Notes under the pieces: generated by a model
Databases searched by the model: none
What the model was told of the DNA's origin: nothing
What the model saw: the letters and a program-made list of their open reading frames with translations, nothing else
Shown: positions 37,651 through 47,240 of the stretch, piece after piece
How the letters are laid out: each line of letters opens with the position of its first letter
How positions within the stretch are numbered: position 1 is the stretch's first letter
NCBI GenBank assembly: GCA_964651755.1
Contig: CAZYZD010000002.1
Span: 1-60,176 of the forward strand
Length of the DNA stretch: 60,176 nucleotides
Source: an uncultured Sulfurospirillum sp.
Lineage (GTDB): Bacteria; Campylobacterota; Campylobacteria; Campylobacterales; QNZT01
Direction: 5' to 3'
Made by a program: the position numbers and the translations under genes

Positions 37651-38665
37651 AATAACGCGCTATATTTTAGCCAATTTTGCACCGCTGCTTTTATCGCTTT
37701 TTTTTACACTTTACTTTTTGGTATCGGTGGTCTTTTTTATTACTATTGCGAGGTTAACTGCACTGATTTCAGTCAGCTTTGTTGATTTGGGCGAGATGTA
37801 TCTTTACGCAATTCCGGAGATTTTTTCTTATACACTGCCTGTTGCCTATTTTATCTCTGTGGCGATGACAATGTTCCAAATGTCCAAAGAGAATGAGATG
37901 ATAGTACTCTTTGCACTCTCTCTCAACCCCCGTAAAATTGCAAAACCTTTCTTTTTTGTTTCTTTCTTTGTAAGTGTCTTTTTGCTTTTCAATGCTATTT
38001 TTCTGGTACCCTTGTCCAAACAGATGAGTTCCAATTTTATTTCCATGAAAAAGATGGAAGCCAAGCTCAATATCAAGGAGAGTGAATTTGGGCAGAAATT
38101 TTCCAACTGGCATGTTTTTGTGCGCAGTAACAATAAAAAGAATTATGGTGATATAGTCCTCTTTCAAAAAGCCAAAAGTGGTGAAGATGAAAAATTTATA
38201 CTGGCGAAGCGTGCTGTTTTGGACAGAAATGACTCTTTGCTGACATTGACGTTGGATGGTGGGAGTGTGTATACGTTGGGGGATACACGGGTAACGCAGG
38301 TTAATTACGATAAATTGAAAATGAATTACAATCCAAAGTTACATAACCTCGAAAGCAGTGAAATTGTGGCGTACTGGAAAGAAGCAAAGCATAATCCAAA
38401 GCGTGCCTATCAGCTTGCTTTTAGTGTGTTGGTATCGATGTTTCCTTTATTGACATTTCTTTTTGCCCTTTCGTTTGGGATTGCGCATATGCGTTATCAT
38501 AAGCCAAATGTCTATCTCAATAGTATGATAGTTGTTATTCTCTATTATGTATTGATCTATCAGGTCTCTTTTCGTTTTCCTTTGTATGGTTCGCTTCTGA
38601 TTATGGTGTTGTTTAGTTTTGCCTCTGTACTCTTTTTTCAAAAACGTGTAATGGAGCGTTTCTGA
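37643..38665 (+). CDS. LptF/LptG-family LPS export permease
   Basis: 340 aa. YjgP/YjgQ-type N-terminus (RYILANFAPLLL), 6 TM helices with a periplasmic insert. Confidence 0.8.
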   Translation: MDRITRYILANFAPLLLSLFFTLYFLVSVVFFITIARLTALISVSFVDLGEMYLYAIPEIFSYTLPVAYFISVAMTMFQMSKENEMIVLFALSLNPRKIAKPFFFVSFFVSVFLLFNAIFLVPLSKQMSSNFISMKKMEAKLNIKESEFGQKFSNWHVFVRSNNKKNYGDIVLFQKAKSGEDEKFILAKRAVLDRNDSLLTLTLDGGSVYTLGDTRVTQVNYDKLKMNYNPKLHNLESSEIVAYWKEAKHNPKRAYQLAFSVLVSMFPLLTFLFALSFGIAHMRYHKPNVYLNSMIVVILYYVLIYQVSFRFPLYGSLLIMVLFSFASVLFFQKRVMERF

Positions 38666-39393
38666 TGCGCGTTAAAATGACACTGAGTTATGATGGAAGT
38701 CATTTTTATGGTTTTCAAGTACAAAACAGTGGTGTCAAAACAGTAGCAAACAGGCTTTATGAAGTGTTTCATTCACTTGGGATAGAAGAACATTTTGAAG
38801 CAAGTGGACGGACAGACAGAGGGGTACATGCGACCGGACAGGTTTTAAGTATAGATATTCCATCTTTCTGGCACAATGATCTGGAGCGTTTACGTATGCA
38901 TATCAACCGTAAAGCATTACCCCATATATATATTCACAAGATAGAAAAAGTATCTTCTTCTTTTCATGCACGGTATGATGCACGAAAAAGGGCATATCGT
39001 TATCTTATAAGTGATCATGAACCTAATGTTTTTTTAACGCCTTATTGTCTTTTTACCAAACGTTTCGATGCAGAAGCAATTCACAAAGCTGTAAAACTTT
39101 TTGAAGGAGAACATGATTTTACTTTTTTTGCCAAAACTGGATCGGATACGACCGATTTTGTCCGTACTATTTATCGTGCCAGATTTTATCAAAAAGGTGC
39201 GAATTATATTTTCAGTTTTGAAGCCAATGGTTATTTGCGTTCGCAAATACGCTTGATGGTTGCATTTTTGCTGAAGATTGGATATGGTTTGGCAGATAGT
39301 AAGGATTTGCAAAAACAGTTGAAGTGTGAACGTATGATAGTGCGCAATCCTGTCGCGCCAAATGGACTCTATTTGACGCGAATCTGGTATTGA
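38665..39393 (+). CDS. truA: tRNA pseudouridine(38-40) synthase
   Basis: 242 aa. YDGSHFYGFQ and GRTDRGVHA catalytic Asp motif. Confidence 0.95.
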   Translation: MRVKMTLSYDGSHFYGFQVQNSGVKTVANRLYEVFHSLGIEEHFEASGRTDRGVHATGQVLSIDIPSFWHNDLERLRMHINRKALPHIYIHKIEKVSSSFHARYDARKRAYRYLISDHEPNVFLTPYCLFTKRFDAEAIHKAVKLFEGEHDFTFFAKTGSDTTDFVRTIYRARFYQKGANYIFSFEANGYLRSQIRLMVAFLLKIGYGLADSKDLQKQLKCERMIVRNPVAPNGLYLTRIWY

Positions 39394-39409
39394 TGCGGGT
39401 TTAATGATA

Positions 39410-39607
39410 TTATGAAGCGATTTTTTTCAACTCAATTTGTTTGAGTGTATACATCGCGAGCAAGTCTTCGTTATCCAGATTGAGTTTTTTACAAAGTACA
39501 CCAAGTTTTAATATTTGATACTCTTCGTAATTGTTCTTCTTCAGGTATGAAATTGCCGACGGAGTTTTGTTGATTTGTGCTGCAATCTCTTTGTTTGATA
39601 CTTTCAT
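39410..39607 (-). CDS. small helix-turn-helix protein
   Basis: 65 aa. NKEIAAQINKTPSAISYLKK looks like an HTH. Isolated on the opposite strand to its neighbours. Confidence 0.5.
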   Translation of the reverse strand: MKVSNKEIAAQINKTPSAISYLKKNNYEEYQILKLGVLCKKLNLDNEDLLAMYTLKQIELKKIAS

Positions 39608-39763
39608 TTTCTGTCCTATGTTTGAATTTTGTTATACTACTAAATCGGAATCTTGTGAAAATAGTTTATGCTTTTTGTCTTGTTTGAAGGCTTTTAAGTG
39701 ATTATTAATTTTTCTTACAGTATTTTAGTACTTTTTGTTACACTTTTGAGAAATCGAGAAAAT

Positions 39764-40483
39764 ATGCGCCTGGATCACTATCTTTTTTATCATAAATTTA
39801 CACAAAGTCGTAATCAGGCTAAAGCATTGATCAATGATGGAAAAATAGCTGTGAATGGTGTTGTTGTTTTAAAACCTTCCTATACAATTTCTGAAATTGA
39901 AAAACCCAATATTGAAATTTTAAAAGAAAAATTATATGTCAGTCGTGCAGCTGAAAAACTGAAATCTTTTTTGCAAAACCATCCTCTTGAAATCAAAGAT
40001 AAAGTATGTCTTGATATTGGCAGTAGTACAGGGGGATTTATACAGGTGCTTCTGGAGTATGGTGCTGCTGAAGTTACCGGTGTAGATGTCGGGAAAGAGC
40101 AACTTCATGAACTTTTACAGCATGATAGTCGTGTTATCAGTATAGAAGAGACTGATATTCGTGATTTTCAGACATCCAGAAAGTTTGATATTGTTACATG
40201 TGATGTTTCATTTGTAGGTATTGGATATATTTTAAAAGATATAGACAGATTGGCACAAAAAGATATTATCCTTCTATTTAAACCGCAGTTTGAAGTAGGG
40301 AAAGAGGTGAAGCGTACCAAAAAAGGTGTGGTAAAAGATCAGCATGCTGTTGCTATAGTTCAGGAAAAATTAGAAAGTGAAATATTTAAAATGGGATGGG
40401 AACTTATAATGTGTCAAAATTCTCAGGTGAAAGGAAAAGAGGGCAATGCTGAAATCTTCTACCACTTCCGTAAAAAAAGATAG
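39764..40483 (+). CDS. tlyA: TlyA-family 16S/23S rRNA (cytidine-2'-O)-methyltransferase
   Basis: Start at MRLDHYL. S4 domain followed by an FtsJ-like methyltransferase (LDIGSSTGGF). Confidence 0.9.
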   Translation: MRLDHYLFYHKFTQSRNQAKALINDGKIAVNGVVVLKPSYTISEIEKPNIEILKEKLYVSRAAEKLKSFLQNHPLEIKDKVCLDIGSSTGGFIQVLLEYGAAEVTGVDVGKEQLHELLQHDSRVISIEETDIRDFQTSRKFDIVTCDVSFVGIGYILKDIDRLAQKDIILLFKPQFEVGKEVKRTKKGVVKDQHAVAIVQEKLESEIFKMGWELIMCQNSQVKGKEGNAEIFYHFRKKR

Positions 40484-41288
40484 TATAGAATCGATTGCTA
40501 TCGGTAGCTTTGACGGTTTGCATATTGCCCATATGAAACTGTTTGAAAAGTTAGATGAGAATGGTGCTGTTTTGATTATCGATAAAGGTTTTACACCAGC
40601 GTTGACACCGGGAAGAGAACGTTGCCAATATACGAAACACCCTTGTTTTTTCCTGGAATTTGAATCTATTAAAGATATGGAAGCTTTGGAATTTGCAGCA
40701 TATCTTCGAACACTTTTCCCACGTCTGAGGAAGATTGTTGTCGGATATGATTTTCGTTTTGGGAAAAACAGGGCAGGGGATCCTTTTTTGTTAAAAAGTT
40801 TGCAGGGGATTGAAGTAGTTGTTGTTGAAGAACAGTCTCATGAAGGTATTTCGATTCATGCTAAAGAGATTCGCCAGTTATTGCAAAATGGTAAAATTGA
40901 AGATGCAAATAGATTGCTTGGAAGAACCTATAGTATACGTGGAGATGTTGTAGCTGGTCAAGGGTTGGGGAAAAAAAGTCTATATCCTACATTTAATATG
41001 AAAACAGGAGATTTTTTATTGCCGAAAGAGGGAGTGTATATTACCAAAGTAGTTATTTTCGGTAAATCTTATCCTGCATTGACATTTGTGGGTAAGCGCC
41101 TTTCTGTAGATGATGTTTTTAGTGTAGAGAGCCATATTTTGGATGAGTCATTAAATGTGCAGCCCAGGGAAATTATTGTAGAATTTTTAGTCTATTTGCG
41201 TCCGAATCGAAAATTCCCCTCTCTTGAAGTATTGAAAGAGCAGATTTCCGATGATATTCAAAAAGCTAGAAACTTTTTTACGGCATAA
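40446..41288 (+). CDS. ribF: bifunctional riboflavin kinase / FMN adenylyltransferase
   Basis: 280 aa. IAIGSFDGLHIAH, and a C-terminal kinase region (GRTYSIRGDVVAGQGLG...PTFN). Confidence 0.92.
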   Translation: MLKSSTTSVKKDSIESIAIGSFDGLHIAHMKLFEKLDENGAVLIIDKGFTPALTPGRERCQYTKHPCFFLEFESIKDMEALEFAAYLRTLFPRLRKIVVGYDFRFGKNRAGDPFLLKSLQGIEVVVVEEQSHEGISIHAKEIRQLLQNGKIEDANRLLGRTYSIRGDVVAGQGLGKKSLYPTFNMKTGDFLLPKEGVYITKVVIFGKSYPALTFVGKRLSVDDVFSVESHILDESLNVQPREIIVEFLVYLRPNRKFPSLEVLKEQISDDIQKARNFFTA

Positions 41289-42078
41289 CGTAATTTTTGG
41301 CTTTCTTGTGTGTATACATCTTTTGGTCGACACGTTCGATCACCTCTTGAAAGCTGTCTCCGCTGTTAAAGTTGATGACTCCGTAAGAGATATGTACTTG
41401 AAAAGTATTGCCTTGAAACTTGAAACGTTTATTGTCAAGTGTTTTTGACAACATATGCATTTTGTGTTCGAGACTATGTTTATCTTGTTCAAAAGAGAGT
41501 ACGATAAATTCATCTCCTCCATAACGGATAGTATGTGTATTTTTAAGTGTCTTTGTCAGCTGTGTAATCATAATCAGTGCTTTATCGCCAGTGACATGTC
41601 CATAGGTATCATTGATCTGTTTGAATTTATCGATATCAAGAAAAATAAGTGTACCACTTTTAGTGAACTTTTCATCAATTAAAAACTTTTCAAAAAGCCA
41701 TTTTCTATTATAGGCTTTTGTTAATTCATCGAGATATACCTGTTTTTCAAGCATCGATATTCTTTTGTTGAGTTCACTCATTTGTTGTTGTACATGTTCG
41801 AGAAGGTTTAAATCCTGTTGGTCAATTGCGATTGTTGCCATATCGATGTTTTGTTGCAGGAGCTGGGTGTTTTCAACAGTTTGTTCTTCTATTTCATAGA
41901 CTTTATGGAGTGTTAAATCCATAGTTTGATTTGCCAACTCTTCCAAGTCAACTTCAACATTGTGTTCTTGTGCTTTTGTTAAGAATGTTTCTTTGAAGAG
42001 TTCAGGGGTTACGACATCAAACTTCCGTATAGCTTTCATGGTGTCATTGGTGACTACTTTAAGAGAATTGAGATCCAC
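41278..42078 (-). CDS. diguanylate cyclase (coiled-coil N-terminus plus GGDEF domain)
   Basis: 266 aa with a GTG start. Active-site RYGGDEF. I see no RxxD I-site five residues upstream. Confidence 0.88.
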   Translation of the reverse strand: MDLNSLKVVTNDTMKAIRKFDVVTPELFKETFLTKAQEHNVEVDLEELANQTMDLTLHKVYEIEEQTVENTQLLQQNIDMATIAIDQQDLNLLEHVQQQMSELNKRISMLEKQVYLDELTKAYNRKWLFEKFLIDEKFTKSGTLIFLDIDKFKQINDTYGHVTGDKALIMITQLTKTLKNTHTIRYGGDEFIVLSFEQDKHSLEHKMHMLSKTLDNKRFKFQGNTFQVHISYGVINFNSGDSFQEVIERVDQKMYTHKKAKNYVMP

Positions 42079-42112
42079 AGCATATCCTTACTAAATAATG
42101 TTCTATATACAA

Positions 42113-42120
42113 ATATCGGC
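42113..42120 (-). promoter_or_regulatory. sigma28 (FliA)-type -10 box GCCGATAT upstream of the GGDEF gene
   Basis: The minus strand reads TGCCGATATTTGTAT, 35 nt upstream of the GTG start. Identical 15-mer to the motA upstream site. Confidence 0.5.
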
Positions 42121-42234
42121 AAAGATAAAATTTTTTGAAGCTAACTTCCCTGAATTTCCACGTTGGTTGAGCATTTTTTTAGTTTATTTGGGCTAAGATA
42201 CGCAGTTAAATTATTTTTAAAGGTGTATATTTTC

Positions 42235-43374
42235 ATGGCAGTAGAGATAGATTATTATGAATTATTGGAAATTAGCAGAGATGCCAATGAAAATGAGATT
42301 AAAAAAGCGTATCGCAAGTTGGCACTCAAATATCACCCTGACAGGAATCAGGGAGATAAAGAAGCAGAAGAAAAATTCAAATTGGTAAATGAAGCATATC
42401 AGGTATTGAGTGATCCGCAGAAACGATCTGTTTATGATCGTTATGGAGTTCAGGGACTGGAAAATCAGGGATTTAGTCACTTCAGTGATATGAATATGGA
42501 AGATATCATGGGAGATCTTGGTTCGATTTTCGAATCTGTTTTTGGTGGAGGTTTTGGCAGAAGCAGTCATCAAAATGGCAGTCGTCAAAAATATCCACTG
42601 GATATCGAAACAGATATCACTCTGGAGTTTAATGAAGCAGTTTTTGGATGTGAAAAAACGATTACCTATTATTATAAAGAGATATGTGATGTTTGTGAGG
42701 GAACGGGAGACCGGGACAAAAATCCTAAAACCTGTCCTGAATGTGGCGGTCGCGGACAAGTTTATTATCGCCAGGGATTTATGACATTTGCCCAGACATG
42801 TGATGTCTGCCATGGAGAAGGTGTTGTTGTCGCTCACCGATGTGATGTATGTAAGGGCGAAGGTTATATTGAAGAAAAGGCGACTACAACGGTTCAGATT
42901 CCTGCCGGTATTGATCATGGAAATCGTATTCGTGTCAGTGGCAAGGGAAATGTTGACAAACATGGAAGACGCGGTGATCTTTATGTTTTGATTCGTGTAA
43001 AAGAGGATGAACATTTTGTAAGAGATGGTCTCAATGTTTATATTGAAGTGCCTATTTTCTTTACACAGGCTGCTCTTGGAGGTATTATAGAAGTACCGAC
43101 GCTTCGTGGGAAAAAAGAGTTGGATATTCCTGTCGGTGTAAAAGATAAGGAACAGTTTATTTTGCGTGGTGAAGGTATAGATGATGTACATGGACGTGGT
43201 ACAGGTGATCTGATAGTGCAGATTAAGGTGCTTTATCCGAAAAAACTAAATGAAGAACAAAAAGAGTTACTCAAAAAACTGGGTGATTCGTTTGGTGTGG
43301 AGAGTACACCTCATGAAAACCTTTTTGAAGGTATTGTTGACAGAGTGAAAAGCTGGTTTAAAAAAGAGAAGTAA
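42235..43374 (+). CDS. dnaJ: molecular chaperone DnaJ
   Basis: 379 aa starting at [14 protein letters not shown] motif, Gly/Phe region, four CxxCxGxG zinc-finger repeats. Confidence 0.96.
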   Translation: MAVEIDYYELLEISRDANENEIKKAYRKLALKYHPDRNQGDKEAEEKFKLVNEAYQVLSDPQKRSVYDRYGVQGLENQGFSHFSDMNMEDIMGDLGSIFESVFGGGFGRSSHQNGSRQKYPLDIETDITLEFNEAVFGCEKTITYYYKEICDVCEGTGDRDKNPKTCPECGGRGQVYYRQGFMTFAQTCDVCHGEGVVVAHRCDVCKGEGYIEEKATTTVQIPAGIDHGNRIRVSGKGNVDKHGRRGDLYVLIRVKEDEHFVRDGLNVYIEVPIFFTQAALGGIIEVPTLRGKKELDIPVGVKDKEQFILRGEGIDDVHGRGTGDLIVQIKVLYPKKLNEEQKELLKKLGDSFGVESTPHENLFEGIVDRVKSWFKKEK

Positions 43375-43399
43375 TATAAAAACTACTTCTCTTTTACAA

Positions 43400-44893
43400 T
43401 CAAGGAATTTTTTTAATAAAGGCACCTTTTTCTATGGTGCGAGCTTTTGATAAATCTGTTGCTGCTTCTTTACGATCCATATAAGGTCCCACTAAAATCC
43501 GATATATATTTTTATGATTGAGTGTTACTGTTTTAACAACAACACGCAGATTATGTTTTTCAAGTTTATTTACATAATTGTCTAATGATTTTTCTGTAGA
43601 AACTGCTGCAATTTGAATATAGTAATCTCCACTATGCTGTAATTCGTTAATGTCTAGTTTTACACGTTCAATTGGTTTGACAGATGGAAGTTCTGTTTTA
43701 ACACGTGCAGGAGATTGATTTGTTTCCTCTTCATCTACAATGATTGTTGTCAAATCCTGATTTTCAGGTTTTGGTTCAATTTCAGGTGTAGTTTTTTCTT
43801 CTCTGGCAATAGCCATTTCTGTCTTTTCTCCAAATAATATACCAATACCCAGCATGGCAACCACATCTAGATCGTTATCTTTGAATTTTTTGATGATTTT
43901 TGCTTCAGAGATGAGTCTGAGTTTTTCATTAAGGCTATATTTCAAACCACCACCTGTATTGAAAAATCCTTGTGATTCTATGCCAAGATTTTTATCATTG
44001 ACATGTTCATATCCTACACCTGCAAAGAAATAGGGTATAAAATTCGTATCTTCAGGATGTACCTCTTTAAGTGCATTGATATAAAAGCGATCTATATCAG
44101 TAGATTTGGCACCGTTCTTTGTTCCCAGCTGTGAAATTGGATTTTCAGATATGTTTCCTCCATTATCAGCAGAACCAGCATCACCGGAGCCGTTATCATT
44201 GCCGATATTATTATCGTTAGAATTATTATCATTATTGCCATTATTACTGCCATCATCATTATTATTATTGTTATTGTTATCACTTCCAGTATCATTATTA
44301 CCGGAATTATCATCTCCAGTGTCATTACCTATATCTATGTCACTACCGTTGTTACTCTCTCCTGTATCAATATCATCGGTACCTGTGTTGTCTGTATTTG
44401 TTGTATCATCACCCACGTTATTTTCTTCAGAGTCTGTTGTATCATTATTGGTTTGGTCAGTAGTGGTGTCTGTTGTTTCACATGGCGGGCACGGTGGACA
44501 CTCTTCTCCTGTCCTTGTTGTTTTTCTTAATGTTCTCAAGTTTTTCTTAAATTTATAATCAGCATCAAAAATTCTGTCGTATCCTATTTGGATAGCAAAA
44601 TCATCTGTGATATAACGATTTAACCTGATACCTAATGTAGTAGCATCTTTTACCAGAGAACTGCTATCTGCATAATTTCTACCGGCTAGCAGATTAAATG
44701 CATAATTAAATGTTTTTTGGCGTATTCCCGGTGTGGTTACGAGAGGTTGTTCCTGCAATGGTATGATCAGTTTTTGCTCTACTTCTTTCTCTGCTGCTAT
44801 AGCATCCTGTTTGTCGTAGTCAACCAGTGGTGTGATGACAGGACCGGCACAAAGAGCAGATACTGATGCGGCAATCAGTATAAATTTTTTCAT
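43400..44893 (-). CDS. outer-membrane beta-barrel-like protein with large D/N/G/T low-complexity insert and C-terminal SPOR domain
   Basis: 497 aa with a signal peptide. OMP-barrel-like strands flank the insert (FFAGVGYEH, GGGLKYSL). CPPCPPC motif. C-terminal DYYIQIAAVS...YRILVGPY SPOR pattern. Confidence 0.7.
   Translation of the reverse strand: MKKFILIAASVSALCAGPVITPLVDYDKQDAIAAEKEVEQKLIIPLQEQPLVTTPGIRQKTFNYAFNLLAGRNYADSSSLVKDATTLGIRLNRYITDDFAIQIGYDRIFDADYKFKKNLRTLRKTTRTGEECPPCPPCETTDTTTDQTNNDTTDSEENNVGDDTTNTDNTGTDDIDTGESNNGSDIDIGNDTGDDNSGNNDTGSDNNNNNNNDDGSNNGNNDNNSNDNNIGNDNGSGDAGSADNGGNISENPISQLGTKNGAKSTDIDRFYINALKEVHPEDTNFIPYFFAGVGYEHVNDKNLGIESQGFFNTGGGLKYSLNEKLRLISEAKIIKKFKDNDLDVVAMLGIGILFGEKTEMAIAREEKTTPEIEPKPENQDLTTIIVDEEETNQSPARVKTELPSVKPIERVKLDINELQHSGDYYIQIAAVSTEKSLDNYVNKLEKHNLRVVVKTVTLNHKNIYRILVGPYMDRKEAATDLSKARTIEKGAFIKKIP
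44131..44495. repeat. low-complexity coding DNA (imperfect GAT/AAT/GGN/ACN-type repeats on the coding strand)
   Basis: Encodes about 120 aa of D/N/G/T/S only, including a run of seven Asn. Runs such as attattattattgttattgttat are visible on the plus strand. Confidence 0.8.
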
Positions 44894-45134
44894 TATACAC
44901 TTCCTTTATTATTTGTTGTATCTATGTTATATAAAATTTTACTTAATGTAAATAAAATTTACTAAAAAGGTAAAAAGTAGTTAAAATTGTTATTAAAATG
45001 TTACCAAAGTTTACAAAAATAGTTTGTTTTTATTTGAATTTTATTTTTATTGTGAGTTTCATAGTGTTTACCATCTTTTTTGCAACTTTTCTCTATAATA
45101 GATATATATTAATTTGAAACAAAAAGGAGCCAAT

Positions 45135-45566
45135 ATGGAGTGTGAATTTCCTACAGTCAATGCCAACCCTGAAGAGTTTAAGGCAATTTTTGAAAGCGTA
45201 AAAACTATAGCGATTCCCGGACTTTCTCCGAATGAAGAGAAAGATAGCCACAGAGTAGCGAAGTATCTACAGGCACAAGGATATAAAATTATCCCTATCT
45301 ATCCTAAAGAAGAGACTATATTGGGGGAAAAGGTATATCGTTCTCTTGAAGATGTTGAAGAGAAGATAGATATGGTTGATATGTTTCGAAAAGCCGCTGT
45401 TGCAGATGCTATTGTGGATGTGATAGCAAAACGCGGCGATGTCAAAGTATTATGGCTTCAGAAAGGTATTGTTAATAATGAAGCGGCGAAAAGAGCGGAA
45501 GAGATGGGTATTAAAGTAGTCCAGAACAGATGTACTATGGTAGAGCATAGAGGAATTTTCAGTTAA
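45135..45566 (+). CDS. CoA-binding domain protein (YccU-like)
   Basis: 143 aa from the ATG with an AAGGAG RBS. IAIPGLSPNEEKDSHRVAKYL pattern. Confidence 0.8.
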   Translation: MECEFPTVNANPEEFKAIFESVKTIAIPGLSPNEEKDSHRVAKYLQAQGYKIIPIYPKEETILGEKVYRSLEDVEEKIDMVDMFRKAAVADAIVDVIAKRGDVKVLWLQKGIVNNEAAKRAEEMGIKVVQNRCTMVEHRGIFS

Positions 45567-46777
45567 TGATTCCTCTTACTAAAATTACGGAAGCCTATAA
45601 CCGTGTTAAAGATGTAGTGATTCGTACCCCTTTTGCCTATGCACCGCTATTGAGTGCCAACTCAGGTGCCGAAGTCTATTTGAAAAAAGAGAATTTACAG
45701 TTGACTGGCGCTTATAAGTTACGCGGAGCCTATAATAAAATCGCTTCTTTAAGTGATGCAGAACGCCAACGCGGTGTGATTGCTGCAAGTGCGGGAAATC
45801 ATGCACAGGGAGTGGCATACAGTGCGAAGATTTTTAAGATACCGGCAACGATTATTATGCCTGAAGCAACACCGCTTTTAAAAGTTCAGAATACTACTTC
45901 GTTAGGTGCGCAGGTGATACTTCATGGAGAAAACTATGATGAAGCTTATGCTTATGCAGTTGAGTATGCACAAAAACATGCTTTGACTTTTATACACCCT
46001 TTTGCGGATGATGAGGTGATTGCAGGGCAGGGAAGTGTAGCACTGGAGATTTTGGAAGAGATTGAAAACCTTGATTATCTGGTAGTGCCTATCGGCGGCG
46101 GGGGGTTAATCAGCGGTATCGGCTCTTATGTAAAACAAGTGAATCCGGAGATAGTAGTGATTGGTGTCGTAGCTGATGGTGCACCTGCAATGAAAAATTC
46201 ATTTCACAGTAAAAAACCGCTGGATTCAACTTCCGTACGTACTATTGCCGATGGTATTGCTGTGCGTGATGTTTCTGAAAAAAATCTTGAAATTATTCTT
46301 GAAGTAGTAGATGATGTTGTCAGTGTAGATGATGAAGAGATTGCTAGTGCTATTCTTTTCTTGCTTGAAAAACAAAAACTTGTTGTGGAGGGTGGCGGTG
46401 CCGTAGGTGTGGCTGCCATTATGCATCATAAATTTCATTTCAACAAAAAAAGTAAGATTGCAACAGTATTAAGTGGAGGCAATATCGATGTCCAAATGCT
46501 TTCTTTGATTATTGAAAAAGGATTGATAAAAGCACATCGAAAAATGAAATTTATCGTTACATTGATTGATAAGCCGGGTGCGTTGCGCGGATTGACAGAT
46601 ATTCTGGCAGATGCGGGTGCAAATATTATTCAAATTGATTATGACAGGACATCTACCAGTCTTTCATACGGAGATGCCAATGTAACACTTGCACTTGAGA
46701 CAAAAGGGGCAGAACATCAGGAAGAGATACGTCAAATGTTATTGAAAAACAGATATCGTTTTCATGAAGAGATATAA
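45566..46777 (+). CDS. ilvA: threonine ammonia-lyase (biosynthetic type with C-terminal ACT-like domain)
   Basis: 403 aa. PLP-lysine motif YKLRGA, SAGNHAQG, GGGGLISG. Confidence 0.93.
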   Translation: MIPLTKITEAYNRVKDVVIRTPFAYAPLLSANSGAEVYLKKENLQLTGAYKLRGAYNKIASLSDAERQRGVIAASAGNHAQGVAYSAKIFKIPATIIMPEATPLLKVQNTTSLGAQVILHGENYDEAYAYAVEYAQKHALTFIHPFADDEVIAGQGSVALEILEEIENLDYLVVPIGGGGLISGIGSYVKQVNPEIVVIGVVADGAPAMKNSFHSKKPLDSTSVRTIADGIAVRDVSEKNLEIILEVVDDVVSVDDEEIASAILFLLEKQKLVVEGGGAVGVAAIMHHKFHFNKKSKIATVLSGGNIDVQMLSLIIEKGLIKAHRKMKFIVTLIDKPGALRGLTDILADAGANIIQIDYDRTSTSLSYGDANVTLALETKGAEHQEEIRQMLLKNRYRFHEEI

Positions 46778-46787
46778 ATCTGAGGGT

Positions 46788-47150
46788 TTAACCCCTGATC
46801 TCTTCTCTGTTCTTCAGATGTGAAAAAAAGCCGTTTGAGATAATCATACACTCTTTTGTAATTTTTTCTATCTCTTCATCAGTCAACGGCCATGTTTTAA
46901 GTCTGTAAAAATCCTCTCTTGTCTCTTCGATAATATTATACTCTTTTAACATCACAGCACTGAATTTTTTAACAATTGTATCGTAGTAGGAGATATCGTG
47001 TTTAAAATCAAAAATATAGAGCAGACGGCTAATCTGTTCAACACTTCCTTCACCGTTGTTTTTGATAAGGTAGAGAATCATTGAGGGAATGAAAATATCG
47101 TTTTTTCGGAGGCATTTACCGATGAAGTTGCTGAGAATCTGAAACTCCAT
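46788..47150 (-). CDS. hypothetical protein (orphan)
   Basis: 120 aa from MEFQILS, with an AAGGAA RBS. No domain recognised. Confidence 0.5.
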   Translation of the reverse strand: MEFQILSNFIGKCLRKNDIFIPSMILYLIKNNGEGSVEQISRLLYIFDFKHDISYYDTIVKKFSAVMLKEYNIIEETREDFYRLKTWPLTDEEIEKITKECMIISNGFFSHLKNREEIRG

Positions 47151-47240
47151 TTGCGTTCCTTTTCTTCTTAGCATACTCTTTTCGTATCTAAAAAGCAAGA
47201 AAAAGTTTCCTTTTTGGAATTAAATTGTCTTTTTCTTCTC

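Noticed and set aside
42079-42234. Heat-shock operators (CIRCE TTAGCACTC-N9-GAGTGCTAA; HspR HAIR) upstream of dnaJ
   Set aside because: I found only a weak, imperfect GCTAAC…GTTGAGC dyad and no credible match to either consensus.
42262-43191. 309-aa ORF antisense to dnaJ
   Set aside because: It is in the codon-aligned antisense frame, so it stays open simply because dnaJ uses no TTA/CTA/TCA codons over this stretch. The translation is I/F/N/T-rich junk with no RBS or motifs. It is a shadow ORF, although the codon avoidance itself is notable.
44106-44558. 150-aa plus-strand ORF (Leu/Ser/Pro-rich) opposite the low-complexity insert
   Set aside because: It is a shadow of the repetitive D/N/G/T coding tract on the minus strand.
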